Positions 1 to 12,800 of a DNA stretch of 64,000 bases are shown here, piece by piece. The translations under genes and the position numbers were made by a program. How positions within the stretch are numbered: position 1 is the first letter of the stretch; every line of letters begins with the position of its first letter. The notes below the pieces were generated by a model. That model worked only from the letters and a program-made list of their open reading frames with translations. It was not told where the DNA came from and searched no databases. This DNA comes from Trichoplax adhaerens. Lineage: Eukaryota; Animalia; Placozoa. The DNA lies in assembly GCF_000150275.1 (NCBI RefSeq), contig NW_002060947.1, positions 4,392,335-4,456,334 of the forward strand, read 5' to 3'.

Positions 1-1
1 C

Positions 2-772
2 CAAGCGGATTACAGGCATAACGATAAAGATGGTAACCCTGCTCGGAACAATAAAACTAAGATTGAACAATCTGACCAGTCCGACTTGAAAAAGGCCGGA
101 AATAACCGTGGACAAACTCTTGAGCTTCATGGTAAAGGTCAACATAATTGGCGCTTAGATCGGACTGATCGTAGGGCAGGTTGTAAAGTTAAAATAATAC
201 ATGACAATCGTACGAGAGGTAGCAATGAAATTCTGAATATATCTGATCGCCAATATCTCGCTACGCCTACTTCTCTGGATGAAATAACCGACTTCGATGG
301 TGATAGTAGTAACGTGAATGATTCATTTTATTATTCAAATTCTTCATCAGCTGAAGAAGGTGAAGTCTCTGCTGATGATAAAACGTTGAAATTTCATACG
401 CCTCAAATGATTGCAATGAAATCACTATATCATGAAAATACTGACATTATTCATACGAGTGATACCGATGCCAGTGACTGGAATAGGAAGGTAACTCACA
501 ATAAGAAAGAACGCGAAAGACGCTCAAAACAGAAAGTTCAGTTCTTTCGCTTACAACAGTCTCACCCTGATTTAGTTCGATTAGAAAAATGCCCCAAGAT
601 AAAAATACTTCAATCTGCTATAAATCTTATTCATAATTTGTACGATGAGGAGCAAAGGTTGGTTAACATCAAAATGATTTTGCGAGATAAAAATGGTAGA
701 TTAAAGAATAAACTACAGACTTTACGGCAAGCAGTTGATATGGGCAGGAAAGAAAGATATGGAATACGTTGA
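2..772 (+). CDS. Myc-like bHLH-leucine zipper transcription factor, C-terminal part (frame open from the window edge; 5' end outside the window)
   Basis: The frame is open from position 2 to the TGA ending at 772. The C-terminus RKVTHNKKERERRSKQKVQFFRLQQSHPDLVRLEKCPKIKILQSAINLIHNLYDEEQRL...LKNKLQTL aligns with the Myc bHLH-ZIP (HNxxERxRR; F..L...P....EKAPKVVIL; EEQKL...LKHKLEQL). No Myc boxes are visible upstream within the window. Confidence 0.8.
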   Translation, partial: QADYRHNDKDGNPARNNKTKIEQSDQSDLKKAGNNRGQTLELHGKGQHNWRLDRTDRRAGCKVKIIHDNRTRGSNEILNISDRQYLATPTSLDEITDFDGDSSNVNDSFYYSNSSSAEEGEVSADDKTLKFHTPQMIAMKSLYHENTDIIHTSDTDASDWNRKVTHNKKERERRSKQKVQFFRLQQSHPDLVRLEKCPKIKILQSAINLIHNLYDEEQRLVNIKMILRDKNGRLKNKLQTLRQAVDMGRKERYGIR

Positions 773-1442
773 ATTTGTAAAATTTTAATCCCGTCGATTT
801 TAGACTATCAAGCAACGATAATTAATTAATATCCTTAGGTAAAAGAAAGAGGATCGATTTTAACGTCTAGGCTATACATTTTCATTATGCTAATAATTTC
901 ATGGATAATGTTATGACTTTTACTACTGTGCATTGCCCCTTTTCCTTCGTCTTAGCCGTCAGTAAAGACATCCGAAATCTGTACATATTAAATGGTTAAA
1001 TAGTGCTAATAGGAAGTGCTCTTGATTAGCAGTTATAATCTAATTTGTATTTATACATGCTTATTACTGTACAGTCGAATGGCTTAATGAATATATACTC
1101 TATTGCTGCGATTTGGCATTTTATGATATAAAGACTACGATCAATGTCTAGACATTGAAACAACAGTGACATTTGAACGTAAATTGGTATTCTGTAAATA
1201 TTATAGCGGCAACATTGTGCGAACTTTTATATCTGATACTTGCGTTTGTTGTTTAAGAAATTTTTTTATTCTAATGCACTTAATCCTTATCTAGACTGAC
1301 TGAGCTGAGAAGTAAGCATTTTAAACGTATTTTTTTATTGAACTTTGGCCACTGAAGCTATTTTTCCCTACATCTCTAATTCTTGTCCTATTTTACTGAA
1401 ATCCCTTGTTTTATGAACGATTTTGTATAAATGCTTTCATAA

Positions 1443-3148
1443 TTTATTAAAAGAAGACTAAATTGGTTATCCGTAATCTGTTGAATCAAATTCCTTGATC
1501 GAGGGAGGGTCTTGATCGCTTCGCTACCGCAACCAGTAGCCAACGTAGAATGCACACTGTCCATAACCAAAGAGATTATAAGTTAATTTAAATAACTTTA
1601 TTTTCCTGATTCCTTGCTGATATCGAGCTATATCATCATCTTTAAATTGTGGATTATTTGATATGAACGTTAGGACATAAAGTAAGGATTTTCAACTGAT
1701 CCATTTTTACATTGGATCTTTAAATTGTGAATATGATATGAACGTTAGGACATAAAGTAAGGATTTTCAACTGATCCATTTTTACATTCGATCTTTAAAT
1801 TGTGAATTATTTGATATGAACGTTAGGACATAAACTAAGGATTTTCAACCGATCCATTTTTACATTCGATCTTTAAATTGTGGATTATTTGATATGAAAC
1901 GTTAGGACATAAACTAAGGATTTTCAACTGATCCTTGTATTCGATCTTTAAATTGTGAATTATTTGATATGAACGTTAGGACATAAAGTAAGGATTTTCA
2001 ACTGATCCATTCTTACATTCGATCTTTAAATTGTGAATTATTTGATATGAACGTTAGGACATAAACTAAGGATTTTCAACTGATCCATTCTTACATTCGA
2101 TCTTTAAATTGTGAATTATTTGATATGAACGTTAGGACATAAAGTAAGGATTTTCAACTGATCCATTCTTACATTCGATCTTTAAATTGTGAATTATTTG
2201 ATATGAACGTTAGGACATAAACTAAGGATTTTCAACTGATCCATTCTTACATTCGATCTTTAAATTGTGAATTATTTGATATGAACGTTAGGACATAAAC
2301 TAAGGATTTTCAACTGATCCATTTTACATTCGATCTTTAAATTGTGAATTATTTGATATGAACGTTAGGACATAAACTAAGGATTTTCAACCGATCCATT
2401 TTTACATTCGATCTTTAAATTGTGGATTATTTGATATGAAACGTTAGGACATAAACTAAGGATTTTCAACTGATCCTTGTATTCGATCTTTAAATTGTGA
2501 ATTATTTGATATGAACGTTAGGACATAAAGTAAGGATTTTCAACTGATCCATTCTTACATTCGATCTTTAAATTGTGAATTATTTGATATGAACGTTAGG
2601 ACATAAAGTAAGGATTTTCAACTGATCCATTCTTACATTCGATCTTTAAATTGTGAATTATTTGATATGAAAGTTAGGACATAAACTAAGGATTTTCAAC
2701 TGATCCTTGCATTCGATCTTTAAATTGTGAATTATTTGATATGAATGTTAGGACATCAAACTAAAGATTTTCAACTGATCCATTCTTACATTGGTGCTAC
2801 CTAGTTGTGTGCTAGCAATCGACAATGTTAGTAGTACCTTGTGAATGCACGTTCAACGGTATACTTGTACATGTATTCTCTTTACAGTACCTGTCATTTG
2901 ATAGTTTAACATTCATCATGTTGGTACCGCGTGCGCTCATATTTAATGGTATACTGTATTTGCGTTAAAAGTAATGACACTGAATTATAGCACGTTAGTC
3001 TGTTGAGGATGATAATCCGTCTCCTAGCCATTGATAGGTTTCATGGCCTACATGATAGCTCCATTCACCGTTGTGTGCCTGCACACTCACTCAGTGTAGA
3101 TTGCATTACAGAGCAACTGCATGTCTGCATCGAATCGATTGGATATCC
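1443..3148 (-). other. Putative spliced minus-strand transcript (short ORF or pseudogene) hosting the repeat array as an intron
   Basis: Candidate exons: 3148-3091 (cctctAG|...|GTGAGT), 2890-2790 (gacAG|...|GTAAGA) and from 1639 onward (tttaaAG|), with a minus-strand AATAAA at 1448-1443. The first two join in frame as ISNRFDADMQLLCNAIYTEYCKENTCTSIPLNVHSQGTTNIVDC*. No expression evidence is available. Confidence 0.4.
1638..2794. repeat. Tandem minisatellite, 15 copies of a 74-78 bp unit; on the minus strand each unit is a 71-nt GT-AG intron-like sequence plus a 7-nt spacer
   Basis: Unit ATCTTTAAATTGTGAATTATTTGATATGAACGTTAGGACATAAACTAAGGATTTTCAACTGATCCATTCTTACATTCG. Copies start at 1638, 1716, 1791, 1869, 1944, 2022, 2100, 2178, 2256, 2333, 2411, 2486, 2564, 2642 and 2716. 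All six frames contain stops. Confidence 0.97.
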
Positions 3149-4281
3149 CTAGAGGTTCAATTTTTAAGCTTGAAAATATGTTGCATACGAATGAAGTTGT
3201 CGAGACTAGGATATTGCAACTTTAACAGTCGTTCAATTGGAAGAGTTGATCCTATTTTCAATCTGCTTTCAATTTCAACCCTTGACCTGTTATGGTCATC
3301 TTTGCGGGATATCACTTCGTCAGTCGTCTATTGAACTCCATAACTCCCAGCTGATCAATGCTGTATACAGTAGGTTATTTTTAATGAATGATCGTGATTC
3401 ATAGTCTAGTGATGGATGAAAAATCAAGATCATTTCGTTGAGACGATTTTTGTGACTTGCCATATTCTACTGAACCCTAACTCTACATCACATTATTGTA
3501 TTGCTTTCAAATTAGCTCAAACGCCAAGCCAAATAAATATTCAGCATCAACTGGATTTGCAAACCTCTTCCCAACTTCCACGTCTACCTGTCTGTCTGTC
3601 CATAGCATCTTTCAGTGACAGTTCGGACTGTTCCGTACCGTGCCTAGTACTGAACCGCTCCAGTCCAGGCTAGAGCCAATCCACGTGACGATCATACGGA
3701 AGGTGCAGGTCAGGTCTAGGTACAGTACGGCTTATATATCAACGACGTCTAGGATCAACCGATTGCAGAAGTCGTTGGTAGTGCCTATGGAATTCTATTG
3801 GATCGACTCGTGTCCAGGACATTAGGGTCTCAGTCAATTTCTCAAGCTGAGGTGACGTAGCACTTGAGCTATATAGATGATAACGGTCTGAACCGAACCG
3901 AACCGAACCGGTCTCAGGTCTATAATAAATTGAGCCTCCAAGAGAGATGTTGCAAGTGGGCTAAATTGATGGTTAACTAGGCGACCACTTTGAAACTAAG
4001 GCATAAATGACTGGATTAACTTGTAAACCAGTTTATGGCTAANACTTGATCAGTTAAATAGCCGCATTGAGATCAATGTTGATCACTAGGTGTTTTATGC
4101 AGATTTGCAAACCAGCTGATACATACTTTTTGCACCAAGGCTTTCTACTAAAAGTACAGGATATAATATAGTGATTATCATACCGTAAGTCGTCTATCCT
4201 ACTCGACAGTGATACTCATACACGCTGCAATGACTATAGGACAGTATGGCCAGCAGTGGACTGGAGTCGGCTTGGGAGCAC

Positions 4282-4330
4282 TCACGTGACCCGTTGATGG
4301 AACATGCGTAGACGCATGTGATGACGTCAT
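4282..4330. promoter_or_regulatory. Candidate RAB9 promoter elements: E-box/CLEAR-like TCACGTGAC and CRE palindrome ATGACGTCAT
   Basis: TCACGTGAC at 4282-4290, inverted repeat ACATGCGT-ag-ACGCATGT at 4302-4319 and ATGACGTCAT at 4321-4330, in a locally GC-richer patch about 1 kb upstream of the RAB9 ATG. Confidence 0.4.
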
Positions 4331-5373
4331 GATGAGCTCGATGAGTGGATTGGGTGAAATTGCAACTGAGCGTTAATCGGCAAACAGGATGAAGGTCTTT
4401 GACCGCCCCAAGCCACTGTTTACATCACCTTCACTGTGGCGTGTGTATTGCTAGTCAAAATCATGACCATCATTTTTGCCTGATTGGAATTGATCTGAAG
4501 ACAGCGTTGATGATGGCGGGGAGTCTCTGATGGATGATCATGACTGACATGTAGGCAAGATCTTATAGGAAATTCAGGAATAAATAGAGAAGAAAAAGAC
4601 GCGTAGATGATACTTGGTCATTGATTGATAGGGATGTGCCATAAAAGATTGCAATTTTTCTACGCCTGTTTGTAGAGATTATTTTATTTTGATCCAATAG
4701 TTGAGTGGATTGCATTATCGTCATCATTATTACGGTGTTTTATGCCTATAGTCATTTGGATCGATCATCAGGATCCATGATCAACCATTTTAGGATACAA
4801 GAACTTTTGCCTGTTGTTACTTTAAAATTTTGCAACGGACTAAGAGAGAGAGAGAGAGAAAGACGACCCCAACTGCAGTGAATTAGATCGCTTACAATTG
4901 ACTTTTCCAACTTGATTAGATCTCGGGGAAAGGGTAAAAGTTCCTTTTTTTTTGGGGATTTTATTTTGAATGGATTCATCTACCAACTGTTTACAACTAC
5001 GAACGCAATTGGATTATTGAAAGCCGTTCCAAATCGAATATTCATTTGATATCAGGACGATCAAACGTTTCACCTTAATTCATGACAAGCCAAAATACAC
5101 GCCTAAATTAAAGCCAAATAGCGTCAAAGGACGAATCTTTCTCTTGAATTGGTGGCTGGGTAAAAGAAGACGTCAACAACTACTGTACTTTCCTTATTTT
5201 AACCGAATTATTCCTAGTGAACAATTAAAATACTCATTCCTACTTGAACGCATACACTCTACTAACTTACCAAGTGGTTAGTCATTCGATCCATTTGGAC
5301 CATTCATATTGGGATACGCCTAGCAAATCATTATTGCCAGTACCCTACTGTACATGCACAAAAAGACAACATT

Positions 5374-6006
5374 ATGGCGAATGACAAAGCTGCTATATTA
5401 CTCAAAGTTATCCTATTAGGGGACGGTGGTGTTGGCAAATCATCTTTAATGACTCGATTTATACAAGATAAATTCGATGAAAATTCATACCACACTATTG
5501 GCGTCGAATTTCTGTCCAAAAACATCAATGTCAATGGCATTACTTACACTATCCAAATTTGGGATACAGCTGGTCAAGAGCGCTATCGCAGTTTGCGTAC
5601 ACCATTTTACCGTGGTGCTGATTGTTGTTTATTAACCTTTGCCTTAGACAATCGTAATAGTTTTGACAATTTAGCTACCTGGCGTAAAGAATTTATATTC
5701 TATGCTGATGTTAACGATCCTGAAACATTTCCATTTGTAGTCCTTGGTAATAAAGTAGATATACAACATGAACAGCGACAAATTCATCGTAGTGAAGCTG
5801 AAGAATGGTGCTACAATAATTATCAAATGCCTTACTTAGAGACGAGTGCTAAAGATTCAACAAATGTTGAAGTTGCTTTTGTCAAAGCAATTGAAAAAGC
5901 TGTTAAATTAGAAGAAAAAGTAGCTATTAAAACTGATTTTAACAGTACAATTGATCTAACCAAATGCAAAGGTCGGAACAACAAAAATAACAGTTGTTGT
6001 ACATAA
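5374..6006 (+). CDS. RAB9: Ras-related protein Rab9 (single coding exon, 210 aa)
   Basis: GTPase motifs GDGGVGKS, HTIGVEF, WDTAGQE, NKVD and ETSAK. Rab9-diagnostic RSLRTPFYRGADCCLL and WRKEFIFYADV.DPE.FPFV. C-terminal CC prenylation motif (SCCT). Confidence 0.96.
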   Translation: MANDKAAILLKVILLGDGGVGKSSLMTRFIQDKFDENSYHTIGVEFLSKNINVNGITYTIQIWDTAGQERYRSLRTPFYRGADCCLLTFALDNRNSFDNLATWRKEFIFYADVNDPETFPFVVLGNKVDIQHEQRQIHRSEAEEWCYNNYQMPYLETSAKDSTNVEVAFVKAIEKAVKLEEKVAIKTDFNSTIDLTKCKGRNNKNNSCCT

Positions 6007-9000
6007 TTCTATAGGCTATTCATCTACATGAAGGATATATTATAATTTAAACTTACTCTTCAACCATGTACGAGTCAATCAATTCCATTTCTTTTTCTTA
6101 TGGATTATCATCAATTTTGACTACTGTATTAATTCGTATGCTAACGATAGATGATAATTCGTGTTATAAATTGTTAAAGTAATTACGGATTTACGATAAC
6201 GGTAGTCAGTGACCAGATTAGCTAAAGGTGTAGACAGACAATCAATCACTCGATAAAAGTAGAACTAGCAAAATTGTAATATGAATGCAGTAGGTAATCA
6301 GTAAGTATTGTTGTGTCATATTTCATGAAGTACATCAGTGCGTTATTTCTAGATGTTATCGAATTGTACGAAAGTTGTACTTAGAGTATGATAGCAATGA
6401 CTCCAAGATTAGATTAATCGTTACTACCTTACATTACCTCTCTAGTTAGTTGTTATAGTGTGGCTTACAAATTCGACACGTAGTTTACATCTCGATGAAA
6501 ATCTTCTACGCTGTATCAAGATAGGCGGTCGTGATTTTTTAAATATTCATACCGATCACAAATCATTTCAAGTACAGTCCTACCTCTATAATCCATGTCA
6601 TGACATCATAGTCTCAATTTTTTACATTGATATTAGCAATATGTAGCCACAAAAGAAATGTATATTGTAGACTATACCATTTTCATTAGTTATGATTGTG
6701 ATATAAATTTTTAAAATAATCAGAAATATAATGGCTAAAACACTTGCCAATACGAAATATGAATTATTATGATAGATAAATCAATCGCATCGCTACTAAC
6801 ATACTGGGCAACCTTTGCCTTTTAGTGCTTGCGTGGACGTATCCGTGACTGTTTTAATGTTTTACAGTATGCGGCAACGTGAATAAATATTCTGTTCCTG
6901 TGCTATGTTATGGTTAAATTGTAGCTAAAGTCAAAATTGCACTTTAGCTGTAAATCAATATTTGCGATGCATAGGATAGATTGCGATCTTAATCTGGTCT
7001 ATCAGTTCAGTAGAGAGAAATGAAATCAATTTCGATTGATATTATAATCTACCAAATTTGACTAAAATCTTTGTAATCAATTTATAACAGATTCGTTAAG
7101 TTTAATAAATAATAAGTTTTCAATATAGCGGCTTTATATATTCTTGAAATGGAACAATATAATGGTGGCTAACGTTGCCACAGGTGTACAATATATAATA
7201 TATATTATATTGTATAATATTATAGTAAATTTTTCTTGGGATGAGTAACAATCGCAATGTTATAGTCGATACACAATCAATCACATTCAGTAATATATAT
7301 CTCATATGAAGTTCATTTTAAGTCGCGCCTTGTAGTATGTTGTAACGATATTTTTGATTTAGGAGATCTATCTTTATTTACGAACACAACAGTTCTTTAG
7401 ATTAGAAACGTAAAAGTTTAAACTTTACTTCATCATAAGCTTAGGCCACAATCTCAATGGTTAACCGTAATTAGGATTATCATTATTTACATTTATAATA
7501 TCTTAGTACGCATAAAGATAATTTTTACTAAGAGTTTGTTAATGCAATCATGAGAAATTTATAATTAGACAAAGGATATCATGTTGGAATCATGTAATGA
7601 ATATTTTCCTTACTGAAATCATTGTGATCAACAATCTTCAATTAAAAATCATCGACATTGTATGATTGCCATTTCTTTTACCGTTCACTTAATATGCTGG
7701 TAAGTATGCATATTATGATGGGCATGGATAATAGATAGATATGATATGGTAATTAATGTCATTTATTAATCTCTCATTATACTCAGATATACAGATCCTA
7801 TACGGTCATACAATAGTTAGATTAGAATAAAGTAATATTAAAAATTTCGGATGAAGGAGAAATACGAACTTACTACCGTACTGTATTATCTAGATTTTTT
7901 CCCTTTTTTAATCTAACACTACAGTGCCGGGTAAATTGATATCTTTAAGTTTTAATCTTATCAGTTTCGGAATAAAAATTGGATATTTTGTACAATAACT
8001 TACCACTTAAAAACTTATTAAAAGAAATTCTAAGCCAGTTTTATAATTTTATTAAGTAATTGCTATCGCTACACAAATATATATTATCTAGCAGATTTCA
8101 TTCGGAAATTTCTTTACTACAAATTAACCGATGATACTGAATCATTTATTACAAGACGGTAATATATGAGATTATTTTAGATTATATATTAATCGTATAT
8201 TAATATATATGGGTATATGTAACGGTGCAAAAACTACATTTAATTAGTTATTAACCCCGTAATACTACATACTTTCTAGTTGTATTTCTCTATGCTGTGC
8301 AGGTGGGTTGAGATCACACGCTATATAATTATATCCAAGTGAGATTTTTTAATTTAGATACGTTTTAAATCTTTTTACTTGATATCATCGCTCGTATGTA
8401 ATAGACTAAAAAGTCTGATCATATTTTCTATGCAAAAACAACATACGTCAATAACTGGTCAATTGTACCGGAACAAAATTAGATATGAGTCATACTATTC
8501 TTTATAATTTCGCTATTGTGTGTATTGTATGCAGATAACCTGCACTCTACTACTGTATAGAATTTTATACTTATTGGATGTTTTCTCTCAATACATAATG
8601 CTTTCTAATCTTTCTATCGCGATTATTATTTTACAATGACACCTTTAATCTGGGCTACTGCAGATATAAGTAGCTTTTAACTAATAAAATAATAATTTTA
8701 TTTTTAATATTACTATTTAGATCAAAGTTTACTGCCAAACTATTCTGTACAGCACTGCATAATCTATAGATAAATTGGACAACCTTTGCTAACGATGTAT
8801 TCTTACTTTATCAAAAGTTTACCAATTGCGACAGAAATTGAATGCATATTTATCTTTTTTATAGCTTATCATATTCAAATATTATATCATTTGATTTTCT
8901 TTAATAATAGTTGAAATGAGATTTGGTAGATAATTAAAAACTCGAATGATGATGCTAAATGAAAACACGAATTCATAGGTTGTAGTAATTAGTTAAATCT

Positions 9001-9560
9001 TAGAATACTACTAACTATATTTTTAGAGTTGCTTATCTATCCAACACTAATTAAAATGCAATAAAGGATCAGTTACTGTATGTATTGTTTTTTTTAGCCT
9101 ATTCTTTGATTTATATACGTACACTATCTCATAATTTAGGTATTGATGTCAAGCTGGGAAAAGTTTGGCTACTAGAAAGACGCATTGTATATTATTTAAT
9201 TCACGTGCATTCTAGTAGATAATATGCTGTACTACAGAAGTAATAAAAATTTCAATAACTTCCAAACATATAAATATTTGCTTTGATAATCATTTTTATT
9301 CTCAAAATTGTTACGGCTTGCTTGTTTCTATAGCAGAAATATGAGATAACAGTACTTTCAATGTAATTCATTTTTCGTAATCATATTCTCCCATATTTGA
9401 TGATATATCCCCTTGCTTTATTTATTTCTGTGTTAATTCATTATTGATTCGTAATCCGATCTTGTAATTGATCATTACGGCATATTATTTTTGATGCTTT
9501 GATAATAATTATGTTTTCGACCAAGATTCACAGTCTGTCATTTTTTATTGGGCACGTATT

Positions 9561-9800
9561 TTACATGAATTACCTTATATATCATTGTTTATCAGGAAAA
9601 GCATGAAACAAATATTCATAATACCTTCTATTACCAAACATGAAGTTTACATCATTTTATTTTTGTATATTGTAAACATATTCTACATTAATTGCCATAT
9701 ATATCATTGTTCAACAGAAATAATGCTGGACGAATTTTCACAATACCTTTTCCTTTTCCTTAACGTGAAGTTTATATCAACTTATTTTTATACAATATCA
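9561..9800. repeat. Degenerate direct tandem duplication, two copies of ~120 bp
   Basis: TACATGAATTACCTTATATATCATTGTT...AATACCTT...TGAAGTTTACATCA at ~9562 is echoed by TACATTAATTGCCATATATATCATTGTT...AATACCTT...TGAAGTTTATATCA at ~9684. Confidence 0.7.
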
Positions 9801-12800
9801 AGTGTTGGCAATCAGGCTGATATGAATGACGCGAATAAATAGTAAAGTTTAAAGCATAAATCTGTTTCAAAGAATTTCTAAACTGATTCAAAGATCTGTA
9901 CAGCATTCCGATCGCTGTAAACTTTGTAAACTTCCTTGTTTATGCTGCATTCTGTCAAGAATATTAAATCAGTTATACTCGTATGGCTATTTGGCACTTC
10001 CTCAATAATAAAACTACGTTACTTTAGAGTAAAAGAATAATAGAAAGTCAGGATAAGAGATTTCCAGATAATGATTTTTGAGTTACATAATAGCCATTAT
10101 GCGTATGATTGTAGCCACAACATGTACTTATAAATATAATTTGAAGACTTATTATTTCGATCAGTTCCAATTTCGATTTGATTTCAAGAGATAAACGCGC
10201 TTACTACCACGATTGCTACCATTTGTAGCATATAAACTTGATAGCTCTGCCTCGAAGTAGAAATTTAATCTTGATAGAAAGAAAGGATTATAAACTACTA
10301 CATTGTTATTTGTTGGTGCCCGACAATCGTATATATTGGATCGAAACATCCTTCACTTATGGAGCTTAAATGGATTAAAAATATGGCTACTGGTGTAAAA
10401 CATAGATGGCAACTTTGCAAGTATAGTTTACTGTAAGCTTTACTGTAGTGGTGGTATATGTTACGTTTAAAGCAATTAGCTTGATCGAATTGTTGTAAAA
10501 GTTGTTAATTTTTCCAAATTTATTGAATGATATAACTAGTTCTATACTATTCTTTATACACTAATTCAAATCAATACTGGATTATGAATCGATTTTAAAG
10601 ATCAGGATAGAGGTTTACTCTCGGTCTTAAAAATTTGAATTCAACTTTCAACTGAATATTTAAATCTGCTATCAATGTAAAGTACTTGAAGACTTTCCGC
10701 AAATTCTTTCTTCTGTGTTAGATCGTGAGAGATTCTGTGTTGATAATAACAATGTGAAGAAAAGGCTATTTATATTACTTTGGCTTAAATTAACTTTCTA
10801 ATTGAAAAGAAAGAGTATTTTAACATAAATTCAGCCTGTTTAGGCGATTGGTCTACTCCAGTGACCCTGCTGCCTATTGTGTGCAAGTTATGATTGACAT
10901 TATCATAACTTCGTTTAGAAGTTAGTTATTAAAAGATATCACAGTAAACTAATTAAATCAGTTCTATGAGTTGACTTTAATATAGTGCATCAATACTAGC
11001 ATCCTTAATAATTACGACTATTAATTTCAAAAATATTGGCAGTAAGAAATCAATGCGGCTTTGAATTCAATCTATTTATCAAATCAATTACGTTTACATA
11101 CTGGTCCCACTATCTTCTAGCATGATTCAAGGAATAAGCAATTTAGATACTTAAATTGAATTATTTGTTTTTGATAGTAGCAATACCTCAACGATTATGC
11201 TAAAGCTGTCAAAACTCATAAAACGTAATGATGTACATGTTAACTGTTTATTGATGTGGTCTAAATGGATCATTCTGTTTTTTATCAACTTTACATCTCA
11301 CTTGATCCAGATCAGAGATTGTAAAGGTAAAGTTTTTTACCCGAATAGCGATTTAAGAAGTCAGTATACTGTGATTATCTAGTTATATTGATAGGATTCT
11401 GATATAATAATTTATTGTATATTTACAATAATGAGATTAGAATAAAATTCCCTATTCAAGGTGAAAAAACTTTAAATGATTAATGCGCATCCGCGTAAGC
11501 AACATGACGGGAAACTCTTTTATGCTTACAATATAGTACAGCGTATATCACTTCTAAATAATACATCATCGAGTACGTCATTCGAGGGAAAAATATTCCA
11601 AAATGTGATACAGAAAGTCCCTACAGATAAAAGACTTTTGCTTATCGATAGGCAACCTCGATAAATTGATTTACTAAAGGCATGGATGGTACGATGATCT
11701 ATGCCATAATAATGGATCGGTAAAAACTTTCTTCACAGAAATTTTAATGGTGCAGATGTCGTTTCTATTGTATTAGTTCAATAGTACTTATAGATTTATG
11801 CGTATGCTAGATTGATCACCAACATTTTTTCTATGATTGGTATTGATATCGATTTAATTAATCTAATTATGCATTAACAGCGTCATCGACATTAATTATT
11901 TATTCGTCGCGCTAAGAAGTAAATCGTAATTGGAAATCGTCTCATCTCTGTAAATGGATGGGGTTTGCTTGTTCTTAATGACATTTTTAAAGTTATAGTA
12001 GTATAACATTTGCTAATTTTCCTTTACTTTAAAGTGTTATATATTCAAAATGGTAAATCTCGAAATTGCTATAATACATCGCTTGACTCACGTACATACA
12101 ATATCACGTTAAAATTGAATTTTTGAATATGTCTGTCATGATATAGCGTTATTTTTTTCTGCACAGGGGTTCACTGAATTGCACTAATTTTTGATACCTA
12201 GATGATATATTTATGTTTACTAAAGGATATTCAACTAAGACTAGCTGTATCTTAGTAATTTTAGTGTCAATCTTGCTTATGAATTTGTATAGATATTCTT
12301 TCCCTTTAAAGACTTTGGATACAACTATGGCATTGTATCATTTATGTCTGTAGTTCTATTCTATCTTGATATTATGAAATAGAGCCGAGTACTGCAAGTT
12401 AAAATTTACGTAAAGCATAAAATAATCTTAACAAACTAAAGGGCGTTGAGATTTTATGCACTTGTGTAATTCTGATGGGATAGGCGAAGGTAGATACTAT
12501 TATATAAGCGTATAATTATACGAAAACACAAAGTGATTTTTATCGCATGGATAATTGGGCTATCTACCTTTCGTCTACCTATAACAAAGGTAGCATTATT
12601 TGGAAAGGAAACTAGCAACATACGGAAGTGTTATGTCCTCAATCATTGAATGTTGTTCGAAAATACACGTGTAAATGGGCTCAAGATTTCGATCTATCTT
12701 CCGTCTCTTGATATGTACATTTATTGTGATACAGATATGCACTCATCCACTTCAAGCTCAAGCCACACATACTGTCTAAAATACATTATCGTCCGCAGGC

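Noticed and set aside
1638-2794. 78-bp array as a CRISPR array or a coding repeat (78 = 26 codons)
   Set aside because: There are no unique spacers or cas genes and the context is eukaryotic. Every frame has stops, and several units have non-triplet indels.
4043-4043. Single ambiguous base n
   Set aside because: Assembly ambiguity, not a biological feature.
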